From assembly GCA_039591655.1 (NCBI GenBank), contig JBDHDE010000005.1, forward strand, positions 1 through 64,000: a stretch of DNA of 64,000 nucleotides. Reading direction: 5' to 3'. Under the pieces are notes generated by a model. That model made no database searches. It was not told where the DNA came from and saw only the letters and a program-made list of their open reading frames with translations. The DNA is from Gemmatimonadota bacterium (GTDB lineage: Bacteria; Gemmatimonadota; Gemmatimonadetes; Gemmatimonadales; GWC2-71-9). Positions 16,137-23,611 of the stretch are shown one piece after another; the stretch's first letter is position 1; the number at the start of each line of letters is the position of its first letter. The position numbers and the translations under genes are program-made.

Positions 16137-16190
16137 GAGTAAGGAAGGTAGGACTCTGCTCGGGGCCAGGGCAACGGCGAGAGCCCTCGA

Positions 16191-16204
16191 TTAGAGCTTT
16201 CTAA
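16191..16204. promoter_or_regulatory. Palindromic box TTAGAGCTTTCTAA (copy 2), ~60 bp upstream of the RR-HK operon
   Basis: Exact 14-bp match to 14041-14054. Both copies sit in promoter-proximal positions of minus-strand genes. Confidence 0.45.
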
Positions 16205-16366
16205 TGACTGGAAGCGGAAGGGAGCTGTGGTGCTCTCAACCGTCCGTCGCAACCCGCACCAACAACTGGTAATCGGGAAGCCCGCTATGTTGGCCCGAGT
16301 CTGCGTCTCATAAGCGCCAGCGCTAGCTACCGGTCATGGGGTGCCGTAGCGGGAGCTATCCTGCCG

Positions 16367-16933
16367 GGGGACAGAAGCGGGCCCAGACTGAGACCCACCG
16401 AAGATTCCCCAATTCGTAAGTCGCCTTCCTGAAGGGGTTTGCGAGGGCTTGGGCGGCTCTGCAGACCAGCTCCTAAGGCTGGCGCGTCTACCAGTTTCGC
16501 CATGGCCGCGGGATGGTCAAAAGTAATGTCTAAGTCGTTGTGGCCATAGTGGTTCTGCCCAAAGGACGGGGCTTCTGGGGGTCCTGGGGCGGGTCGTCGA
16601 TCCGCAGATGTGCTGTCTTCCCGTACGGTCGGCGGTTTTGCAGGGCATTCTCCCGTATCTCCGCGGGTCCAGATGGCGGGTCCACTGCGTCGAAGGTCCC
16701 AGATCAGGCACACGGTGCCCCCGAACAGTCCTGGCCACGCGGGTTTCCGAATCGCAGATTGGCAGGACGGAGATCTCCACGATCGCTCCCTGTCCACGTA
16801 GCGCATGGGCGGATTAGGCTGCAAGCGGAATGGGCTGGGGTGCTCGCAGCCTTATCCCGGCGGAGGTTCACGTTAGGCTGCGCGCGGTGCGCCAGTGGGG
16901 GAGGGAAAGATGCAGTCTACTACGAGTTGGGCG
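16367..16933 (+). repeat. Full-length copy 2 of the ~570-bp repeat family, ending in attC-like cores (GTTAGGC at 16873-16879, GTTGGGC at 16927-16933)
   Basis: Block-wise alignment to 5299-5864: GGGACAGAAGCGGGCCCAGACTGAGACCCACCGAAGATT, CCAGCTCCTAAGGCTGGCGCGTCTACCAGTT, GCATTCTCCYGTATCTCCGCGGGTCCAGATG, CCCCCGAACAGTCCTGGCC, GCAGATTGGCAGGAC, GGGCGGATTAGGCTGC, GATGCAGTCTACTAC. Confidence 0.8.
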
Positions 16934-16944
16934 GCGGGGGTCAG

Positions 16945-17463
16945 TTGAGCGGTACCGCACATCTCAAGGAGCCGATCGCCTGCACTGAGGGGGAGCGCCG
17001 GGAGTTCGCGCGTCTTGTTCGCCAAGGTTTTGAGACCGCGGCTGAGGACTTGGATGGCCGCATTCGTGATGCGGAATGGCTTGCGTTCCATTACGCGGAA
17101 GGCAACACGCTCGCGGCGGTCGCCGCCCTAAAGGCGCCCAACGTACGGTATCGGGACAACGTCTTCAAGAAGGCGGACGCACCCGTCAGCCCTGCTGCTT
17201 ACAAGCTCGAACTTGGCTGGGTCTTCGTCATTCCTGCCCACCGAGGGAACCGGATTGCCGAGAGTCTTTGCCAGCTGCTTTTGGCGCGCGTGCCTACGTC
17301 CTGTGTTTTTGCGACGACCCGCCCGAACAACATCTCCATGATTAGCATCCTTCTCGCCCTCGGCTTTGCGCGAGTCGGCAAGCCGTATCCCCACCGCAAC
17401 GAAGAGCTTGTACTATTCTTGCGGTCGTGGCCGCTCTTCGTGGCGCCAGGCCCCGCCGCCTAA
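16945..17463 (+). CDS. GNAT-family N-acetyltransferase (non-ATG start; 5' end uncertain); putative cassette
   Basis: C-terminal GNAT core LGWVFVIPAHRGNRIAESLCQLLLARVPTSCVFATTRPNNISMISILLALGF (motif A region). There is no in-frame ATG, so the start is probably the TTG near 16945. The ORF-track start at 16540 runs through the repeat and is rejected. TAA stop is embedded in GCCTAAC. Confidence 0.45.
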   Translation: MSGTAHLKEPIACTEGERREFARLVRQGFETAAEDLDGRIRDAEWLAFHYAEGNTLAAVAALKAPNVRYRDNVFKKADAPVSPAAYKLELGWVFVIPAHRGNRIAESLCQLLLARVPTSCVFATTRPNNISMISILLALGFARVGKPYPHRNEELVLFLRSWPLFVAPGPAA

Positions 17464-17492
17464 CCCGCAGCTGATGCGCAGAGCCATTAGGC
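17458..17492 (+). other. Short attC-like palindrome GCCGCCTAACccgcagctgatgcgcagagccATTAGGCGGC (degenerate)
   Basis: GCCTAAC core overlapping the GNAT stop; arms GCCGCCTAA/TTAGGCGGC. Shares the CCGCAGCTGATGCGC motif with other sites. The 3' core is ATTAGGC (one mismatch) and the site is shorter than a typical attC. Confidence 0.35.
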
Positions 17493-17537
17493 GGCTAACC
17501 ATGAACACTCTTCCTCACTGAGTGCGGAACGTCCAAG

Positions 17538-18434
17538 ATGCCGAGTATAAGAAGCCGGATTGTCCGTCTGTTTCTCAGGTATCAGATCTGGAAGGCTGAC
17601 AAGAACGCCACTTTGCAGCAACGACGGGCGACCCTTGAAGATGCCGCACGGCGTCTGCCAATGCCACGTCGCGTAGATGTGCAGCAGACTACTGTTGGAG
17701 AGACCCCTGCCGAGTGGCTTCGGCCTGCCGACACCACTGACAACCGGGCGATTCTGTACTTGCATGGTGGTGCCTACACGATGGGGTCGTGCACAACCCA
17801 TCGGGCCCTGGCATCTCGTATTGCTGTCGCTAGCAAGGCTCCTGCACTGCAACCCGAGTATCGCCTTGCGCCTGAGCATCCATTCCCGGCTGCTCTTCAG
17901 GATTGTGTGGCTGCTTATCGCTGGCTGCTCGACTACGGAATTCCACCACAGAAGACAGTTGTCGCGGGCGACTCGGCTGGAGGTGGTCTGGCTCTAGCCC
18001 TGGCTGTCACGCTTCGCGACGACTATGTCCCACTCCCGGCCGCAATCGTTTGCATGTCGCCGTGGGCCGATCTTGAGCTGACAGGCCAATCGCTTAGGAC
18101 CCGCGCGAATGTCGATCCCGTCTGTAGCCTGGAGGAAAGCCAGTTTCATGCGGGCCAATATGTTGGGAAGAACGATCCCCGGGCGGCACTCATTTCACCC
18201 ATCTATGCGGACCTACGTGGCCTGCCGCCAGTACTCATCCATGTCGGCGACAGAGAGATTCTGTTGAGTGATGCGATGCGACTGGCAGAACGTGCTCGTG
18301 AAGATGGGGTTGATGTAGAGCTGAAGATCTGGGAGGGCATGTGGCATGTTTGGCATCTGCTCGCCGGGTACGTGCCGGAAGGTCGACAAGCGGTTGACGA
18401 AATCGGTGCTTTCATCAGCAAATACACAGACTGA
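17538..18434 (+). CDS. Alpha/beta hydrolase fold-3 esterase/lipase (HSL family); putative cassette
   Basis: HGGAY oxyanion motif and GDSAGG nucleophile elbow. C-terminal Asp/His consistent with the catalytic triad. Confidence 0.75.
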   Translation: MPSIRSRIVRLFLRYQIWKADKNATLQQRRATLEDAARRLPMPRRVDVQQTTVGETPAEWLRPADTTDNRAILYLHGGAYTMGSCTTHRALASRIAVASKAPALQPEYRLAPEHPFPAALQDCVAAYRWLLDYGIPPQKTVVAGDSAGGGLALALAVTLRDDYVPLPAAIVCMSPWADLELTGQSLRTRANVDPVCSLEESQFHAGQYVGKNDPRAALISPIYADLRGLPPVLIHVGDREILLSDAMRLAERAREDGVDVELKIWEGMWHVWHLLAGYVPEGRQAVDEIGAFISKYTD

Positions 18435-18450
18435 GGCGGCCGTGGCAGCC

Positions 18451-18478
18451 GCCCAACAGGCGCATGAAGCTGCGGGGA
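18451..18478 (+). other. Truncated attC-like half-site GCCCAACaGGCGCATGAAGCTGCGGGG (R''/L'' arm only)
   Basis: RYYYAAC core plus the family motif (reverse complement of CCCGCAGCTCATGCGC). No matching 3' arm is seen, which could mark the distal end of the array. Confidence 0.3.
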
Positions 18479-18609
18479 CTTGAAACTTCCATGCCGGATC
18501 GCTCGTCTTTCCTATTAATTAGCAGAGACCCGTTAACTGGTAGAGGTCCGGCTCCCGAGAGTTCCGGGCCCGCCATACTCCAAGCTGAAACACCACTGGA
18601 GGCAGACGG

Positions 18610-20376
18610 ATGAAGTCCCATTTCGGGCTCGTGATGCTCGCCCTGGTTTCCACGCCGGCGGCGGCACAGACCGATACCCTGGTTGGCATCCAGGACCTCT
18701 CGGCGCGAGAGCATAGGATGCAGTCTTTCGTGCTTCCCCGCGCGCAGCAGCTGCAGGTAGAGGCCGTGGGAGGCGAGCCGCGGGGCATGAGCGCCTTCGA
18801 GCGGTTCCTGAAGCACGGCATCTTCATGAACAGGCACCGAGAGGACTTGGGGGACGTGTGGCCGGCGAACGCCTGGATTCTGGATGCCGGGACGCGGCGG
18901 GTGGTGTGGGAGCTGCGCACCGCGCCGACGCGGGAGAAAGGAGGCGGACTCCGCATGTTCGAGGGGACGCTCCAGCTGCAGGCTGGGGCGTACGAGGTGC
19001 ACTACGCGGCCCTCTACCCGGTCGCGGGGTTCGCTGGCGATGGGGATGACTGGCGCGCGCGAGGCTGGGACACGGTTTCCGACCTCGAGGGGCCGTATCT
19101 GGACGACGACCGCTATCGCGAATTCGGGATCGTGATCCGCGGGATGGGGTCGCGCGGCGCCGAGGGGGTGGCTGCGGAGGAGGGCGCTGCCGGGCCGCTC
19201 GTGGCGCTCAAGGGAGCGCAGGGCGAGGCGCGGGAACGGGTGGGCTTCGCGCTGGCGCGCACTACCGCGGTCGAGATCCGGGCGCTGGGTGAGGAGGTGG
19301 GCGATGAGTGGTTCGACTACGGTTGGATCGACGACGCGGCCTCCGGAGAGACGGTGTGGACCTTTGGCGACGGAGCAGTGAGCCACGCTGGTGGGGCGAA
19401 GAAGAACCGGGTGGTGACGGACCGGGTCACCCTGCCTGCGGGGCGCTACCTCGCCCATTATGTCACCGACGATTCTCACCAGGCGGGAGGTTGGAGCCAG
19501 GCCCCGCCCTACGACCCCTCGGCCTGGGGCCTCACGATTCGCGCGATCGACGCCGCCGCGGCCGCGCACGTCACGACGTTCCAGCACCAGCCCTTCCCCG
19601 CCGCCGCCGCCGTGATTGCGCTCACGGCTCTGGGTGACCGTGAGCTCGAGGCCCAACCATTCGTCGTCGAACGCCCGCTGGAGATCCGAATCTTCGCGCT
19701 GGGCGAAGGAACAGGTGAGATGCACGATTACGGCTGGATCGTGGACGGTGCGGGACGTGCGATCTGGCGGATGGAGTACAGCGAGACGCGAAGCGCGGGA
19801 GGCGCCACCAAGAACCGCCTGTTCGATGGCACCATGCGCCTCGAGCCCGGCAGTTACACCGCCTATTTCATGACCGACGGCTCCCACTCGTTCGGGGGCG
19901 GCTTCAACGCATCCAGGCCGTTCGACGCAGAGCACTGGGGCATGACCATCCTCCCGGCAAACGGCGCCACGAAGCAGGACTTCGTTTTGGAGCAAGCGGA
20001 CAAGCCCGACCCATCCGTCCTCGCCCGGATCGTCAAGGTGGGCGATGGGCGGCGGGAGGAGGCGCGGTTCCGCCTCACGCGGGACGGGAGCGTTCGGGTC
20101 CTGGCCATCGGCGAGGGGAGCGGCGAGATGTACGACTACGCCTGGATCGAGAACGCCGCGGGCAGCGTGGTGTGGCGCATGACGTACGAAGGGACCGAAC
20201 ACGCCGGCGGCGCTACCAAGAACCGGCGGGTGGACGAGGTGATCAGCCTCCCGGCGGGCGAGTACACAGTGCGTTACCGGAGCGACGGCTCGTACTCGTT
20301 CCGGGATTGGGACGCGGATCCGCCGGACGATCCGTTGAGTTGGGGGGTGACGGTGTCCAGGGTAGGAGGAGGCTAG
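18610..20376 (+). CDS. Secreted protein made of four tandem ~125-aa repeats of unknown function
   Basis: Signal peptide MKSHFGLVMLALVSTPAAAQ. Four repeats share A(L/I)GEG.GEM(Y/H)DYGWI..A.G..VW.M.Y..T..AGGA(K/T)KNR......L.AG.Y...Y.(T/S)DGS.S...W....P.D...WG.T(I/V). Confidence 0.6.
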   Translation: MKSHFGLVMLALVSTPAAAQTDTLVGIQDLSAREHRMQSFVLPRAQQLQVEAVGGEPRGMSAFERFLKHGIFMNRHREDLGDVWPANAWILDAGTRRVVWELRTAPTREKGGGLRMFEGTLQLQAGAYEVHYAALYPVAGFAGDGDDWRARGWDTVSDLEGPYLDDDRYREFGIVIRGMGSRGAEGVAAEEGAAGPLVALKGAQGEARERVGFALARTTAVEIRALGEEVGDEWFDYGWIDDAASGETVWTFGDGAVSHAGGAKKNRVVTDRVTLPAGRYLAHYVTDDSHQAGGWSQAPPYDPSAWGLTIRAIDAAAAAHVTTFQHQPFPAAAAVIALTALGDRELEAQPFVVERPLEIRIFALGEGTGEMHDYGWIVDGAGRAIWRMEYSETRSAGGATKNRLFDGTMRLEPGSYTAYFMTDGSHSFGGGFNASRPFDAEHWGMTILPANGATKQDFVLEQADKPDPSVLARIVKVGDGRREEARFRLTRDGSVRVLAIGEGSGEMYDYAWIENAAGSVVWRMTYEGTEHAGGATKNRRVDEVISLPAGEYTVRYRSDGSYSFRDWDADPPDDPLSWGVTVSRVGGG

Positions 20377-20419
20377 AGCCCCACAGGCGGAGACACCTGT
20401 TGTGAGCTGGAAGTGGCGC

Positions 20420-20551
20420 ATGGCCCCGGCGCTGGCAATTGCCGGATGGTTCGTTACCGGATTGGTCGGAACTCCACTGTGGGGCTCTGCGATTGGCGCT
20501 GTCTGCGGCTGGCTGGTTGGCTGGTACCTGGGGCGGGAATACCTGGATTGA
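20420..20551 (+). CDS. Small (43 aa) glycine-zipper membrane protein, paralogue of 9555-9716
   Basis: Hand translation: MAPALAIAGWFVTGLVGTPLWGSAIGAVCGWLVGWYLGREYLD. Confidence 0.35.
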   Translation: MAPALAIAGWFVTGLVGTPLWGSAIGAVCGWLVGWYLGREYLD

Positions 20552-20598
20552 CGCCTTCTGAGGGCGACGCGGAGCATCTACCACAGGGAGGTTCCCAA

Positions 20599-20766
20599 GT
20601 GCGGGATATCATCGCGGGTGTGGTTCTGATCGCGATCGGTCTATTCTTTGGCGGGTCCGTCTTCTTGGGTGATTTCAGCCTATTCAACCTCATCTTCGAC
20701 GGCCTCGGGACGTTCTTCATCATCAAGGGTCTTATTGCTGTCTACAAGAGCAAACAGGCGTCCTGA
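20599..20766 (+). CDS. Small (55 aa) two-TM membrane protein, GTG start with SD GGGAGG
   Basis: VRDIIAGVVLIAIGLFFGGSVFLGDFSLFNLIFDGLGTFFIIKGLIAVYKSKQAS. SD GGGAGG 8 nt upstream. The ORF-track start at 20413 is rejected because it overlaps the preceding small ORF in another frame. Confidence 0.4.
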   Translation: MRDIIAGVVLIAIGLFFGGSVFLGDFSLFNLIFDGLGTFFIIKGLIAVYKSKQAS

Positions 20767-20772
20767 CCGCAG

Positions 20773-21984
20773 ATGACCGGATCTTCAGCAACCGAGTTGC
20801 CGTTAAGCGGGTACCGGGTGCTCGATCTTTCCCGGATACTCGCCGGCCCATACTGCACCATGATTCTCGGGGATCAGGGCGCCGAGGTGATCAAGGTGGA
20901 GCGGCCTGACTCCGGCGACGACACGCGGAGCTGGGGACCTCCCTTCGCCGGCGGCGAGAGCGCTTACTACCTCTGCTGCAACCGAAACAAGAAGTCCATT
21001 GCCGTCGACCTCAAGCACCCCTCGGGCGCTGAGCTGGTGCGCGAGCTGGCCAAGGTCTCCGACGTCCTGGTCGAGAATTTCACCCCGGGACTCACGCAGC
21101 GCTTCGGGCTGGACTACGAGACGCTCCGGGGCATTAATCCCCGGCTCGTGTACGCGTCCATCACCGCGTACGGGCAAGACGGCCCCTACCGGGATAGGCC
21201 GGGCTACGACATGGTGCTCTCCGCCGTCGGAGGGCTCATGTGGATCACCGGCGAGCGGGACGGGAACCCGTGCAAGGTGGGTGTGGCGATCACCGACGTG
21301 CTCACCGGCATCTATGCGTCGGGGGCGATCACCGCAGCGCTGCTGTGGCGGGAGCGCTCCGGCCGGGGCCAATACCTCGACATCAGTCTGCTCGACGCCC
21401 AGGTCTCCGCGCTCGCCAACATCGCCAGCAATTACCTAGTCGCGGGTCAGGAAGCGACGCGCTGGGGCACGGCCCACGAATCCATCATTCCCTATCAGGT
21501 GTTTCGCACCAAGGACCGGCCGATCGCCATCGCCGTGGCGAATCAGAAGCTGTGGGTCAACTTCTGCAAACTGGTCGGCAGGCCGCAGTGGCTGGAGGAT
21601 CCGCGGTTCGAGTCCAACCCCAAGCGGGTCGAGCACCGCGAGGTGCTCCTTCCGCTCATCGACGAGCTGATGGCCCAGCGGACGTGTGACGAGTGGATGG
21701 AAGTGTTCGTGGAAGCGGCGATCCCGTGCGGTCCAGTCAACGACATGGAACATCTCTTCGCTGACCCGCAGGTGCTGCACCGGGCCATGATCGCCGAAGT
21801 GCCGCACCCGACGATCGGGTCCCTCCGTCTCACTGGGACGCCGATCAAGTACTCAGAGACACCCGCAACCATCCGCCGCCATCCACCGCTCCTCGGCGAG
21901 CACACCGACGAGGTCTTGGCCGAGGTGCTGGAGTATCAGCCCGAGAGAATCGAGGCCCTCAGACAACAGCGCGCCATTCTGTAG
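20773..21984 (+). CDS. CoA-transferase family III (CaiB/BaiF/Frc-like) protein
   Basis: N-terminal LSGYRVLDLSRILAGPYCTMILGDQGAEVIKVERP...RNKKSIAVDLK is the family III CoA-transferase signature. Confidence 0.8.
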   Translation: MTGSSATELPLSGYRVLDLSRILAGPYCTMILGDQGAEVIKVERPDSGDDTRSWGPPFAGGESAYYLCCNRNKKSIAVDLKHPSGAELVRELAKVSDVLVENFTPGLTQRFGLDYETLRGINPRLVYASITAYGQDGPYRDRPGYDMVLSAVGGLMWITGERDGNPCKVGVAITDVLTGIYASGAITAALLWRERSGRGQYLDISLLDAQVSALANIASNYLVAGQEATRWGTAHESIIPYQVFRTKDRPIAIAVANQKLWVNFCKLVGRPQWLEDPRFESNPKRVEHREVLLPLIDELMAQRTCDEWMEVFVEAAIPCGPVNDMEHLFADPQVLHRAMIAEVPHPTIGSLRLTGTPIKYSETPATIRRHPPLLGEHTDEVLAEVLEYQPERIEALRQQRAIL

Positions 21985-21991
21985 CTCGGCA

Positions 21992-22969
21992 TCACTGTGG
22001 CGGGAGCATGCCAATACCGGGCTTTGGCTCCTTGGGACGGGCGATGCGCCGGAACTGGAAGCCAGCGATGTTGAGAGTCGGTAGGGCTCCGCACACCAGC
22101 ACGGCCTGCCGCAGAATCAATCCGCCGATCAGACCCAGTACGGCGCCGACGGCCACCACGAGCAGGTCGCTACCGGCACCGGGCCGGGCCATGGAGCGAT
22201 ACACGATCAACATCAGCATCAGGGGCGCGGCCAATCCCAGGATGAAGTAGCCGACGACGAACGAGCGCCTCCGCAAGATGCGCTCCGCCGACTCCCGCGA
22301 GTCGGGCAGCTTGTACGCCGCCTGAAGGAAGAAGACGATGGCAAGCACCTCCAGGGCCACCAACACGGCCGCTTCCAGGGCCATCGTCCGCAGTGACTCC
22401 GCAGTGGCGGCGGCCTCGTTGAAGAGCGTCATGCCCAGCATGATCGTGAAGTGACCCGTGACCAGCGCTGAGATCACGAAGACCACCGGAACCACCCCGG
22501 AACGCCAGAAGGGTATGCCCTTCGAGGCACCGAGCAGGATACCGGTATATGCCATCGTCATCACGGCAAACACGATTCCGGTGACGGCGATGACGGTCAC
22601 GACCGTTCTGCCGCCAGAGGTCTGGCCGACGTCGGTGTACAAGTGCAGGATGAAGTGCAGCAACGCCAGGATCATGAAGATGCCGATGATCCAGAACCCC
22701 CGTGCGATCCACGACGACCCCGGTTTCATGCCGGACAGGAAGGCGCGGGTCGGTGAGCCGAGATCCGCAAGCAGGCAGATGCTGCCGATGAGGAGCGCCG
22801 GGAAGGCGATCCAGAGGCCCACCGTCGTCGACGGTTCCGCACCATCACCGAGGAAGCCGTTGATGGCTGCGATGGTGTAGGCACCGGCTCCGACGCCGCC
22901 GAGAAAGAGATAGATCGCTACGAGCCAACCCCACTCCGTCTGCAGCTGACCATCGACTTTCGGATCCAT
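21992..22969 (-). CDS. NrfD/PsrC-type polytopic membrane anchor subunit of a molybdopterin oxidoreductase complex
   Basis: 8+ TM helices (WGWLVAIYLFLGGVGAGAY...). Start at ATG 22969 (MDPKVDG), 4 nt after the FeS gene stop; the ORF-track N-terminal extension is rejected. Confidence 0.7.
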   Translation of the reverse strand: MDPKVDGQLQTEWGWLVAIYLFLGGVGAGAYTIAAINGFLGDGAEPSTTVGLWIAFPALLIGSICLLADLGSPTRAFLSGMKPGSSWIARGFWIIGIFMILALLHFILHLYTDVGQTSGGRTVVTVIAVTGIVFAVMTMAYTGILLGASKGIPFWRSGVVPVVFVISALVTGHFTIMLGMTLFNEAAATAESLRTMALEAAVLVALEVLAIVFFLQAAYKLPDSRESAERILRRRSFVVGYFILGLAAPLMLMLIVYRSMARPGAGSDLLVVAVGAVLGLIGGLILRQAVLVCGALPTLNIAGFQFRRIARPKEPKPGIGMLPPQ

Positions 22970-22973
22970 AGGC

Positions 22974-23600
22974 CTATCTCGGCGCGAGGTAGTAAACCTT
23001 GGGTTTGTTGCCGAGCTCCGGATGCAGCACTTCACCCCGGTGCCTCTTGATCAGGATGGAGACCTCGCTGTCCGGATCATCGAGATCGCCGAAGGTGCGC
23101 GCGACGGCCGGGCATGCCTCGACGCACGCCGGCTGCCTGCCGTCGGTGATTCTGTCCTTGCAGAAATCACACTTCGTCGCGACCCCACATCCGGACCGCT
23201 CCTCCCAGGCCTGCTTGGCGAATTCCTCATAGGGCGAGAGCGGCAGCCCTTCCGGGAAGTAGCTCTCCCACTTCGGGACCGTGTAACGCGCGCCGTAGGG
23301 ACATGCCATGATGCAATACTTGCAGCCCATGCACTTATCCTTCTCCACAATCACGATGCCGTCGTCACGCTTGACGGTGGCGCCGGTGGGACACACCTCG
23401 AGGCATGACGGCTCGTCGCACTGCATGCAGAGGACCGGCAAGGCCTGGCGGACGACATTGGGAAAGGTTCCCGTCTCGCCCTTGAGGAGCCGACACCAGA
23501 AGACCCCGGGCGGGGTGTGATTCGCCACCTTGCACGCCATGACGCAAGCGTAGCAGCCGTAACACCTCTTGAGGTCAATGACCATTCCCCAGCGCGGCAT
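22974..23600 (-). CDS. 4Fe-4S ferredoxin-type iron-sulfur subunit (DmsB/PsrB/SoeB-like)
   Basis: Four Cys clusters (CYGCYACVMAC, CMQCDEPSCLEVCP, CMGCKYCIMACP, CDFC...C..ACP). Confidence 0.85.
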   Translation of the reverse strand: MPRWGMVIDLKRCYGCYACVMACKVANHTPPGVFWCRLLKGETGTFPNVVRQALPVLCMQCDEPSCLEVCPTGATVKRDDGIVIVEKDKCMGCKYCIMACPYGARYTVPKWESYFPEGLPLSPYEEFAKQAWEERSGCGVATKCDFCKDRITDGRQPACVEACPAVARTFGDLDDPDSEVSILIKRHRGEVLHPELGNKPKVYYLAPR

Positions 23601-23611
23601 GGCTGTCTCCC

